This document shows, piece after piece, positions 1 through 10,811 of a stretch of DNA of 64,000 bases. The translations under genes and the position numbers were made by a program. Positions within the stretch are counted from its first letter, which is position 1, and every line of letters starts with the position of its first letter. Source of the stretch: an uncultured Phycisphaerales bacterium (GTDB taxonomy: Bacteria > Planctomycetota > Phycisphaerae > Tepidisphaerales > Tepidisphaeraceae); the NCBI GenBank assembly GCA_963758525.1, contig CAVWVQ010000003.1, positions 384,001-448,000 of the forward strand. The letters run 5' to 3'. The notes under the pieces are model-generated. The model was not told where the DNA came from. It saw only the letters and a list, made by a program, of their open reading frames with translations, and did no database searches.

Positions 1-1288
1 AACTCATCGACGAACTGCTGGGGCGAAAGGAATTTGTAGAGCTTTGGGTGATGAAGTGGGCGGAGTTGCTGCAGATTCGCTCCGACGGCGACCGCCTCAG
101 CTACAAATCCACGCTGCTGTTTTACAACTGGCTGCAGGAGCGCCTGACCGCGAACGTCCCGATGGACAAAATCGTCCAGGAGCTTTTGGTCGCCAACGGC
201 GGCACGTTCAAGAACCCCGCGACCAACTACTATCAGATCACGACCGAAAACCTGAAGCTGGCGGAAAACACCGCGCAGGTCTTCATGGGAATGCGCATTC
301 AGTGCGCCCAGTGCCACAACCATCCGTTCGATCGCTGGACGCAGAACGACTACTACAGCTTCGCCGCCTTCTTCGCGCAGATCGGGCGGAAGCAGGCGGA
401 AGACCCGCGGGAAACCATCATCTTCAACAGCGGCGGCGGCGAAGTGACTCATCCCGTCGGCGGGCGGGTAATGGCGCCAAAGTTCCTTGGCGGCGCGACG
501 CCCGACGTGAAGGGCAAGGATCGCCGCGAGGTCCTCGCCCAGTGGATCGCGTCGCCGGAGAATCCGTACTTCGCCAAGAATCTGGCGAACATTGTCTGGA
601 GCCATTTCCTGGGCAAGGGGATCATCGATCCGGTTGACGACGTGCGGGTGAGCAATCCGGCGGTCAATCCCGAATTGCTCGAGGCGCTCGGCCAGAAGTT
701 CCAGGAATATCACTACGACTTCAAACGCCTCGTCAAAGACATCTGCACGTCGCGCACGTATCAGCTCGCGTCAGAAACCAACCCGACCAACGAGGATGAC
801 ACGCGCAATTTCTCACACTCGCTGATTCGGCGGATGCGGGCCGAGGTGGTGCTGGATGCGCTGAGCGAAGTGACCGAGACCGCGGAAAAATTCCGCGGGC
901 TGCCGCTGGGAGCGCGGGCCGTGCAGATCGCCGACGGGACCACCACCGACTATTTCCTGAGAACGTTCGGGCGGGCCACCCGCGAGTCGGTCTGCTCCTG
1001 CGAGGTGGTGATGACGCCGAATCTCTCGCAGGCGCTGGCGCTGCTGAACGGCAATCTCGTGCAGCGAAAGATCCAGCAAAGCCCGGTGTTGCGGCGATTG
1101 CAGGAGACGAACAGCCCGCCGAGCGCCGCGATTGATGAAATGTATTTGCGCTGCTTCTCGCGCCCCCGATGCCGGCGGAGGAGCAGGCGCTGGTGCAGGA
1201 GTTCAACTCGGAGCCGGATCATCGCAAGGCGCTGGAAGACACGTTCTGGGCGCTGCTGAATTCGCAGGAGTTCATGTTCAACCATTGA
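1..1288 (+). CDS. DUF1549/DUF1553 planctomycete protein (5'-truncated by window edge; frameshift near 1165)
   Basis: CAQCHNHPFDRW, ENPYFAKNLANIVWSHFLGKGIIDPVDD and RRMRAEVVLD motifs; the family C-terminus ALEDTFWALLNSQEFMFNH* lies in another frame and ends at 1288. Confidence 0.9.
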
Positions 1289-1310
1289 CGATTTTGTTCG
1301 AATCGGTTTC

Positions 1311-1396
1311 GTAGGGCGGGATTTATCCCGCCGGGCCTGAATACTTGAGAAACTTGAGGACGTGCAAAAAAAACGGCGGGATGAATCCCGCCCTGC
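1311..1396. repeat. GTAG-type REP doublet (inverted pair, REPIN-like)
   Basis: GTAGGGCGGGATTTATCCCGCC ... GGCGGGATGAATCCCGCCCTGC; the same unit recurs at ~5792, 8487, 41154, 47667, 55212, 57433 and 63539. Confidence 0.85.
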
Positions 1397-1404
1397 GCTT
1401 GGCA

Positions 1405-4339
1405 ATGAATAGCATCCGCTCTCATCTTTTCATCGGGACACTGCTTGCGCTGAGCAGCGGCGCCGGCGCTGCGAAGATCAATTATCAGGATCATGCTCTG
1501 CCGATCTTCCGCAATTCCTGCCTGGGGTGTCACAACCCCGACAAGAAAAAGGGCGGGCTCGATCTGACCAGCTGGCAGGCCGCGATGAACGGCGGCAGCG
1601 ACGGCGCGGTGATCAATCCGGGAGACGCGGAGGGCAGCCTGCTCTATCGCGTGATCATGCACGAAGACGAACCGAGCATGCCCCCCAAGCGCGACAAGCT
1701 CCCGCAGGCGGAGCTGGACATGATCAAGAAATGGATCATCGCCGGAGCGCTCCCCACCGCCAGCGGAAAACCCGCGAAGTCTGCGAAGCCGAAGATCGAT
1801 CTGTCGTTCAAGGCCCCCGCCGGCCATCGTCCCGACGGGCCGCCTCCGATGCCGCATGATCTGCTGCTGGAATCAGTGGTGCATGCGCAGCGACCCGGCG
1901 CTGAGCGCGCTGGCGTCGAGCCCGTGGGCGCCGCTGGTCGCGGTCGCGGGGCAGCACGAAGTGCTTCTTTATAATCCGCAGTCTCTGTCGCTGCTGGGCG
2001 TGCTTCCTTTTGCCGAGGGTCAGCCACAGGTGATCAGCTTCAGCGCCAGCGGAAGCCTGCTCCTCGTCGGAGGCGGGCAGGCGGCAAAGAGCGGCAAGGT
2101 AGTTCTGTGGGACGTTGCCACCGGCAATCACATCACCGATGTTGGCGAAGAATTTGACGCGGTGCTCGCCGCGGATATTTCGCCGGATCAAACCCGCGTT
2201 GCCCTTGGCGGACCCAATAAGGTTCTCAAGGTCTACGGCACCAGGGATGGCGCGCTGATCGATACCATCAAAGCCCATACGGATTGGGTGACGGCTGCCG
2301 CCTACAGCCCCGACGGCGTGCTGCTTGCCAGCGGCGACCGGGCCGGGGGACTGTGGGTCTGGGAAGCAAAAACCGATCGCGAGTTTTACAACCTGGCCGG
2401 TCACAAGGCCGCCATCACCTCAGTTGCCTTCCGTCCCGACTCCAACATCCTCGCCAGCGCCAGCGAAGACGGGACGATCAAACTCTGGGATATGAACAGC
2501 GGCAAGGAGGCGCGGAGCTGGCAGGCGCACGGCGGCGGTGTGCTCTCGGTCTCCTTCGCGCCGGACGGCCGAATCGTCTCCTGCGGGCGCGACCGGATCG
2601 TGCGGGTCTGGAATGCTGACGGCTCGCCGCTCAAGCAGTTCGATGCCTTCAACGATATCGCGCTCAAAGCCGTCTTCTCGCAGGACGGCAACCGCGTCGT
2701 CGCCGGCGACTGGACCGGCGAGATTCGCGTCTGGAACGTCGCCGACGGAAAACAGATCGGATCGCTCGATCCCAATCCGCCGCCGCTCTCGGATCGAATC
2801 AATGGCGCGTCGCAGCGCGTCGCGTCGCTGCAACCTGCCGCCGACAAAGCTGCCGCGGAACTCGCGGCGGCCCGCGAAGGGCAAGCTACCGCCGAGCGGT
2901 CTTTGCAGGCGGCGCAGGCGGCTTTCGACAACGCCAGGCGTGCGGCGAACGATGCAACGGCTCGCGCGGGGGCGATGACTGCCGCGGAACATGCCGCGGG
3001 CGATGCGCTGGGCGCGGCCAGGCAAGCGGCGCAGTTGAAGATAGCGGAGTTCGATCGGCTGACGCAGGCGCAGCAGCAGGCAACCGCGGCGCGCGACAAC
3101 GGGCAGCACGATGCCGACGCGGCGCATATTGCGCTGCTTCAGAGCCAGCAAAGCCTCGACGCGGCAACCAAAGCGCTCGCCGATGCCAAGGCGGCAGCGG
3201 CGAACAACCCGGCTACTCAGCCATCCGCTTCCGCTGTGACCCAGGCGCAGGCGGCGGTCGATCAGGCAAACGCCGATCTCGCTCGATCGCAGCAAGCAGA
3301 CGCTGACAAGTCGAATCAATTGAAACAACTGGCCGAGGTGTTGAACCGCGCCCAGACGGATGCCGCCCGAGCCAACTCACAGCTCATTGAATTGCGCAAA
3401 GTAGTCGCCGACAAAGACCATGCGCATGGCGACGCGATCGCTCAGTTGCAGTCCGCCGGGCAGGCATTGTCCAAAGCGCAAAACGACGTCCCGGCCGCGG
3501 AGAAGCAGATCGCTCCGCGGCAGGAGGAGCTGAAAAACGCCCAGCAGCGCGTTGCGCAGGCCAGCGCCGCGGCTGATGGCGCGAACGGGCAGCTTGCCGC
3601 CGCCCGCAGCGAGCTTTCCCGCCTGAAAGCCGGGCAGTTTTTCCTGACCGTCTACTCTGCCCGCAAGGAACTGGCGGATTGCCAGCAGCAACAGCAGCAG
3701 ATGTCGGAAGCCTTTTCCGCGGCACAGTCCGCAGCCGACAAAGCGAACGGCGAGCTCGCCGCCTCACAAAAGGCGCTGGCTGACGCCCCCGCTCGGATCG
3801 CGGCAAGGCAGGATGCGATCAATCAAGCGAAAGATGCGCAAAGCGCCGCCAACGCCGCAGTCGCTGCCGCGCAGGCGATCGCCGAACGCAAACAATCATT
3901 GCGCGATGAGGCGGCAACGCTATCGCAGCGGATTCACGACCAGGCCGTCAAAGCTCCCGACGACAAAACGCTGACCGACGCTGCCGGCAAAGCCGCGGCG
4001 ACGCTCGACGTCCTGGGGACGGATGTCGCCGCCGCAAATCAGATGGTCGGACAAATGACAGCGCAGGCGAAAGCCACCAGCGAGCGCGTCACGTCCGCGG
4101 AAGCAGCCATGGCCCGCGAGCAGGCGGACATCGCCGGCGCCCCCAAGGCAATCGAACTGCTGAAAGCCGCCGTTGCCTCCGCGCAGGCGGAGATGCCCGC
4201 GAAGAAATCCGCGCTGGATGACGCCACCCATGCGTGTGAAATCGCCAGGTCAAAGGCTGAGCAACTTGAAGGGGATTATCACAAGATGGTTCAGGAAGCC
4301 GGATCCGGTTCCAACAGCTTGCCGCCCGGCAAGAGTTGA
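1405..4339 (+). CDS. Planctomycete cytochrome c domain + WD40 repeats + long Ala-rich coiled coil (frameshift near 1890)
   Basis: Signal peptide, PIFRNSCLGCH heme motif and MPP motif in ORF 1345-1974; WD40 repeats and ~500 aa coiled coil in ORF 1856-4339. Confidence 0.85.
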
Positions 4340-4356
4340 TCGAGTGAAGCATTTAC

Positions 4357-4411
4357 GTAGCACAGCCGTCTCAGCTGTGGCCCAGAGTCACAGCCGAGAC
4401 GGCTGTGCTAC
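4357..4411. repeat. Second REP class, inverted doublet
   Basis: GTAGCACAGCCGTCTCAGCTGTG ... CACAGCCGAGACGGCTGTGCTAC. Confidence 0.75.
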
Positions 4412-4447
4412 GGGGAATCGCGATCCGCGACTTCCGCATTCGTTCGT

Positions 4448-4810
4448 TCAAAGCCCCTGCGGCATTCGTTCCCGCAAAAACTTTCGGCCCGATCCGTGCG
4501 GGGCAATGTATCCCTTTTGTCGCCAGCGATCCCAGATCAGCATGTGCGTTGCCGCGCTGGCGCTGCTGCCGATGTCGGCTTCGTAATGTTCCTCCAGCTT
4601 TGCGGCGATGGAAATATAAGAGATCCAGACCCCTCGATCGGCGGCAACGGGCAGCCCATCATCCCACATCGGCCCCAGCTCGCGGTCCCAATAGAAGCCG
4701 ACAAACCGCTCGCCGCGAACGTACCCGAGAACGTCCCCCGTGCGGTATGGCAATGGAATTGCCACTTGAACAAAATCATCCGGCAGCCCTGCGGCCGCTA
4801 GCGTAGGCAT
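4448..4810 (-). CDS. Hypothetical protein (~120 aa)
   Basis: Globular-looking, Trp/Tyr-rich ORF (RFVGFYWD, HMLIWDR) downstream of tsaB; ATG at 4810. Confidence 0.6.
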   Translation of the reverse strand: MPTLAAAGLPDDFVQVAIPLPYRTGDVLGYVRGERFVGFYWDRELGPMWDDGLPVAADRGVWISYISIAAKLEEHYEADIGSSASAATHMLIWDRWRQKGYIAPHGSGRKFLRERMPQGL

Positions 4811-4919
4811 GGCACCATCCAAGCAAAAGATCAGGAAACCCAGAGAATTGTAGTCTGACGCAGACGCCCGCGGAGGGCAAAATTTGCCGGAGATATCGCT
4901 GCCATGCCTCGTTTGAACG

Positions 4920-5603
4920 TCAAAGGCTTTCCCTATTTTCCCATTTTTCCTCTGCTTCGGACTGACGCAGATAGAGCGGAGCGAGCAGATCGGGATCTGT
5001 AAATTCGCCGGCCCGCGACATGGGTGCGCCCAGACGCGCGACATTCGCGGCAGTCGGAACCCAGCACCGCGCGTCGGTCACAATGATCCCGGATTCGGCG
5101 GGCGGCGCGTGAAAGCCGAGTCCTTCGCCGATCAGATAAATCGGGCGCGGCGAGCGATTGATCGCGTCGGTGAGCTGGTCGAGGTGCGCCGGCTCGCGCT
5201 CGATCCAGAGTGTGTTCACTTTCTCATATCGTGCGGCAAAGATCGATCCGCGCCGCGCGTCGAGCACGATCAGCACGTGTCGTGCGTCCGGCGGCGCGTT
5301 TTCCGCCAGCACGCGAGCGGACGGCACGGCGACCAGCTTCGCGCCAACGGCCATGGCAAGCGTCTTGGCGAGGGTGATGCCGATGCGGAGACCGGTGAAC
5401 GAACCGGGACCGACCGATGCGTAGATTTCTTGAAGGTCGCCAGGAGCCCAGCCACGGGCGCGGAGCAACGCGTCAAGGCGCGGCACCATCTCGGCGGCAT
5501 GCTTGAGGCCGTGAGGAAAGATCGCTTCGGCGAGAACCTGCCCGGCTTCGATGATGGCAAGCGAGCCCGCCCGGCCGGAAGTTTCAATCGCCAGAGCACG
5601 CAT
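4920..5603 (-). CDS. tsaB: tRNA threonylcarbamoyladenosine biosynthesis protein TsaB
   Basis: MRALAIETS, GPGSFTGLRIG, LDARRG, PLYLR motifs. Confidence 0.95.
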   Translation of the reverse strand: MRALAIETSGRAGSLAIIEAGQVLAEAIFPHGLKHAAEMVPRLDALLRARGWAPGDLQEIYASVGPGSFTGLRIGITLAKTLAMAVGAKLVAVPSARVLAENAPPDARHVLIVLDARRGSIFAARYEKVNTLWIEREPAHLDQLTDAINRSPRPIYLIGEGLGFHAPPAESGIIVTDARCWVPTAANVARLGAPMSRAGEFTDPDLLAPLYLRQSEAEEKWENRESL

Positions 5604-5757
5604 TACCGCTGGAGCATTCCTTGTGCGAAGAACGATCGGCGCCAAGAAGCCCCGGATGTACATCCGCGGCTGCGAGGAGCGTCCGATACGTTAAACGAAC
5701 AATGCTCTCACGGGTTTTCTCCGCGGTCAATGAAGAGTCGGGAGATGACAGACTTGA

Positions 5758-5900
5758 GGGTGTGGCGCTCGAAAGTGGCGATCGGCTCCGAGTAGGGCGG
5801 GATTCATCCCGCCGATTTGTTGGCCGGCTGAGAAAACGGCGGGATGAATCCCGCCCTACGATCGCAAAATCTGCAATCGCCACAAATAAAAGCTACACCC
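5758..5900. mobile_element. 143-bp MITE-like element containing a REP doublet, copy 1
   Basis: GGGTGT...ACACCC ends; flanked by direct repeat CAGACTTGA (5749-5757 and 5901-5909); near-identical inverted copy at 55171-55313. Confidence 0.85.
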
Positions 5901-5931
5901 CAGACTTGATGTACTCCCCCCGAGACGATCA

Positions 5932-6978
5932 TCACTTCGAGTTCGGAGCCATACCCAGTACCAAACCGGCGGCGAGCATCATTAAAGCCGCGCCGGTGAG
6001 ATACAGGTTTGATCGCGGCTCGCGGCACAGCGCGGCAAACCATCCGCCGGTGGGCTGATATGGCGGCAGCGGAACGGGCCGGGGAATCGTCGTCAGCTCG
6101 TAGGGAGACATCGACGCGGCGCGATTGTCAGACCCATCATTCCAGACGCGGCTTCCCTCGCGGACGATGTTCATCTGCCGTTGCGCCAGACGCTCGGCCA
6201 ATCCGGAATCATCGTTCACGCGCTTGAGAAATTCGTCGTTGACGGCAACTTGTTGCTGGATGGACTCCAGATCGCGCCGCAGCAACTCCTTCTGATATGC
6301 CATCCGGCGATTGGTGTCCGCCTGGGGAATGATCAGGCAGCAGCCGATCAGGCCGATCCCGAGGCAAAGCAGCGGAATCGTCCAGCCGCCGCCGCGAGAA
6401 GGACCCAGGAGCGATTCGTCCGAGTCATCCAACGATGTTCGCGTACTGTCGCAGGCGGGCTGCCCTCGCGTTTCCCCCTCCTCTGGCACTGCGGGGGATC
6501 GCTGGAGTGGGGGCGGCGTTGCAACGACGCGCCTGACCGAATTCGTCTGACCCTCCGCAAAACGGCCCCCACCCTGACCCTCCCCCGGAGTACCAGGGGA
6601 GGGGAAAATCAGCTCGTCCTTTGCCGATGATCGCAGGTCTCCGCCGGGGGTAGGAGCTGCCCCCTGCCACTTAGTACCAGGGGAAGGGAAAACGAGTTCG
6701 TCCTTTGCCGGTGGTCGCAGTTCTCCGCCGCCGGTGGCGGCTTCCCCATCCCCTGGTACTCCGGGGGAGGGCTGGGGCGGGGGCGGCGTTATTTCGACGC
6801 GTCCGACCGGCTTAGTGCGACCTTCCGCAAGACGGTCCCCGCGCTGGCCCTGCCCCAGAGACACAGCCGTCACCGGCTCGCGGTCCACCTCTTCCGGCTC
6901 GATCGACTCCCACGGCGAAGGCGCGTCCTCGTCAACATCCGTGTTTCGCACGCCCGTGTCATCGCCGATCAAGTTCAT
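5932..6978 (-). CDS. DivIC/FtsB-like membrane protein with repeat-derived Pro/Gly-rich N-terminus
   Basis: TM helix WTIPLLCLGIGLIGCCLII, coiled coil and LAERLAQRQMNIVREG motif; ATG lies 1 nt after the eno stop; second TM helix at the C-terminus. Confidence 0.65.
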   Translation of the reverse strand: MNLIGDDTGVRNTDVDEDAPSPWESIEPEEVDREPVTAVSLGQGQRGDRLAEGRTKPVGRVEITPPPPQPSPGVPGDGEAATGGGELRPPAKDELVFPSPGTKWQGAAPTPGGDLRSSAKDELIFPSPGTPGEGQGGGRFAEGQTNSVRRVVATPPPLQRSPAVPEEGETRGQPACDSTRTSLDDSDESLLGPSRGGGWTIPLLCLGIGLIGCCLIIPQADTNRRMAYQKELLRRDLESIQQQVAVNDEFLKRVNDDSGLAERLAQRQMNIVREGSRVWNDGSDNRAASMSPYELTTIPRPVPLPPYQPTGGWFAALCREPRSNLYLTGAALMMLAAGLVLGMAPNSK

Positions 6979-6979
6979 T

Positions 6980-8274
<1,295 letters not shown>

Positions 8275-8486
8275 TCAGGACGAAGAACCGCCGCCAGACG
8301 CACAAGAAGCGACCGGCAGCTCTCCTTCGATCCTCCTTGAGAGGTTATCGGACGAAAAGAGGGTGAAACTCAAACGGCGTGGCAGTCTATGCGCAGGGCG
8401 AAATGTGTCAAACGTGCGGGAGCGTGGTTTTGCTGTCCCCCTTGTGGTGGGTCGTTCCAACAAAATTTACGGTCGATCGACCCGTG

Positions 8487-8544
8487 GCAGGGCGGGATTG
8501 ATCCCGCCGCAGCTTGAGAGGCGGCGGGATGAAGCCCGCCCTAC
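8487..8544. repeat. REP doublet
   Basis: GCAGGGCGGGATTGATCCCGCC ... GGCGGGATGAAGCCCGCCCTAC. Confidence 0.8.
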
Positions 8545-8571
8545 ACACGCAGTTTCAAGGGGAACCACCCA

Positions 8572-9261
8572 TTAGCCTGCCGAGGGCTTGGAAGCGTCTG
8601 ACGGTTCGGCCGCAGGTAATGGCATTGCCGGTTGCTGCCCGGCCTTTTGGAAGTGCTTCCGAATCCACAACCAGACACCGAACGCCAGTGCAATACAAAT
8701 CACCCCCAGCAGCACCCATCGCTTGCCCTTTGCGACATGCTCGCGAAGCACGTCCATCTGTGTACCAAAGTAGTAGCCTAACGCGATGAAACTTCCGCCG
8801 CTGACGATCGCCGCCAGCCCGTCGGCAATGAGGAATTGCCAGAATGGAAACCGGATGGCGCCGGCGCAAACCACCATGGCGCCGCGGATCCCGGCAAAGA
8901 GCCTGCCGATCGCCACGACCCAGACGCCCCACCGCTTGAAGCGATGCTCAACCCAGAGAATTCGGCTCAGCGTCAGATGCCGGCCGATCAGCGGAACCTT
9001 GGTCACCTCAAGTCCGAACCGTTTTCCGAGATGGTAGAGGACGCAGTCGCCGCCGATGATTCCGCACCATGCGCAAACCGCCGCCAGGGGAAGATTGAGC
9101 CGGCCCATCGCGATGGCGAACCCCGCCCCCAGCAGGGGAATGTCTTCGGGCAGCGGCAACCCCAGTCCGCATGCAAAGAGGAGCGCGAACAGGACGGGGT
9201 AGCCGCCCCGGGCAACCCACTGGAGCACCTGCTCATCGAGATTGGCAAGCAACCAGGGCAT
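8572..9261 (-). CDS. DedA family membrane protein
   Basis: GLPLPEDIPLL, GDCVLYHLG, GRLFAGIR motifs. Confidence 0.92.
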   Translation of the reverse strand: MPWLLANLDEQVLQWVARGGYPVLFALLFACGLGLPLPEDIPLLGAGFAIAMGRLNLPLAAVCAWCGIIGGDCVLYHLGKRFGLEVTKVPLIGRHLTLSRILWVEHRFKRWGVWVVAIGRLFAGIRGAMVVCAGAIRFPFWQFLIADGLAAIVSGGSFIALGYYFGTQMDVLREHVAKGKRWVLLGVICIALAFGVWLWIRKHFQKAGQQPAMPLPAAEPSDASKPSAG

Positions 9262-9268
9262 GCTTCGG

Positions 9269-9703
9269 TCAGATGTAATACATCTGCTGCTGCGCGCCGG
9301 TGCGCACCGCATACTCGGCAAGTTGCGCCAGCGTCATCTCGTCGAGAACGCCATCGGTGGCTTCGGTCAGTCGGCCGTTGAGAAATTGAACAGCCGCTTC
9401 CCCCGGAGAAAGCTCCTGCCCGCGCTTGGTTTCCTTTGCCGTAAGGCGACCCTCGAGCCGGCGCACCAGTTCCCCCACCTGGATTTCTTCAGGGGGACGC
9501 GAGAGCCGATAGCCCCCTTCCCGTCCGACTTTGCTTTCCAGGAATCCGCCGCGGCGCAGCGTCAGCAGAATCGCTTCGAGGAATTTGGTGGGGAGCTTCT
9601 CCTCGTCGGCAAGATCGCGCGACTGCACAAACCTCGCCGGCCAGAGCCGGGCAAGCGTGACTGCCGCCCGCAATCCGTATTCTGTCTGCTTTGAAACGCG
9701 CAA
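9269..9703 (-). CDS. Rrf2 family transcriptional regulator (Cys-less, CymR-like)
   Basis: EYGLRA, FLEAIL, S-x-x-G-x-x-GGYRL, C-terminal MYYI; no Fe-S cysteines. Confidence 0.92.
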   Translation of the reverse strand: MRVSKQTEYGLRAAVTLARLWPARFVQSRDLADEEKLPTKFLEAILLTLRRGGFLESKVGREGGYRLSRPPEEIQVGELVRRLEGRLTAKETKRGQELSPGEAAVQFLNGRLTEATDGVLDEMTLAQLAEYAVRTGAQQQMYYI

Positions 9704-9907
9704 TGCCTATGCTCCGGGAAGAACAGGCATCGTAAGGGGGTGCGAGGAGGGGGTCAAACGGGCGTAAGGCCCCGTGACGAAGAAATGGCCAAGGCCCAAT
9801 CGGCAACAAAATCCCAAGCCGCAATCATCAATCGGACACCACCACTGGGCCTTGGGGTTTGGTGCTTTGTTGGCCATTGGGCCTTGGTCATTTCTGCCGT
9901 TAGATCT

Positions 9908-10015
9908 TCAGCGCCGCAGCACCAGCACAATAATCACAATTAGTATGATCAGACCGAGCGATCCGCCGCCGATCCAGATAGCGTCGGCGAGAATGGGAGA
10001 GAAGATGGCATGCAT
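9908..10015 (-). CDS. 35-aa single-TM small protein
   Basis: MHAIFSPILADAIWIGGGSLGLIILIVIIVLVLRR*; GGAG RBS; paralogous to 10173-10277. Confidence 0.8.
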   Translation of the reverse strand: MHAIFSPILADAIWIGGGSLGLIILIVIIVLVLRR

Positions 10016-10172
10016 GAGAATCTCCAGTTTTTTGCAGTAGAAGAAACATCAAATTTCACGGTTCAGAAGCGGTCTTCCGCGTCGGCTCGTGCTCAATGTG
10101 GCCAGCCGCCCTACTTTGATTTGCGTTCCACAGCCGAAGAGCGGCTGTAGCACACGGCGGTGAAACGGGCTG

Positions 10173-10277
10173 CTATCGCCGAACGAGGAGAACGACGATG
10201 ACGACCACGAGAATCAGGCCCAGCGTCCCTCCGCCGATCCAAATGTAATCGCCAAGTATGGGAAGATGAGAAATCAT
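10173..10277 (-). CDS. 34-aa single-TM small protein
   Basis: MISHLPILGDYIWIGGGTLGLILVVVIVVLLVRR*; GAGG RBS; paralogous to 9908-10015. Confidence 0.8.
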   Translation of the reverse strand: MISHLPILGDYIWIGGGTLGLILVVVIVVLLVRR

Positions 10278-10388
10278 AAAAACCTCACAGCGGAAAATGT
10301 GTGATTGCGTTCTTTATTTGCCGAAGGGCGGCTCAATCGCGCCGCCGCGGGCGATGTGCGTCGGGCGCATCGCATCACGTTTCATCGA

Positions 10389-10583
10389 TCAACGATCGAT
10401 ATGCACTTCCGTTTGGTGTTCGGGCACGACGACGGTGCGTTCCTCCCGCACGACATGGTCACCGTCACGATAGTCCCGCGCCGCGTGATCGTGATGATGA
10501 TCTCGGTCATCGTCATGATACCAGCATCCTGTCAGGCCGGTGCAAACGATGCTGAGCAACGATAAAAGTGCCAGCGACTTCAT
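10389..10583 (-). CDS. Small His/Asp-rich lipoprotein (64 aa)
   Basis: AAGGAG RBS, signal peptide with LTGC lipobox, HDDDRDHHHDH. Confidence 0.75.
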   Translation of the reverse strand: MKSLALLSLLSIVCTGLTGCWYHDDDRDHHHDHAARDYRDGDHVVREERTVVVPEHQTEVHIDR

Positions 10584-10811
10584 TGTGAAATCTCCTTGTT
10601 TCCGAACCTCCGGTCGCGACAGCCACGCCATCGCACGTCTCCGAACATCTGTTTACAAAGTGGATGCCGTGGCGTACTCATCAATCCTGACGCTCAATTA
10701 GCGGGGGTAGCGGCGGGCTGTGCTGACAAGAAGAGCTTTTATCGACGACGCGATGCGGCATTTCGACGGAGTGCGGAAACGAATGGAGTCGCTTGAACCG
10801 TTCCATGGAAG

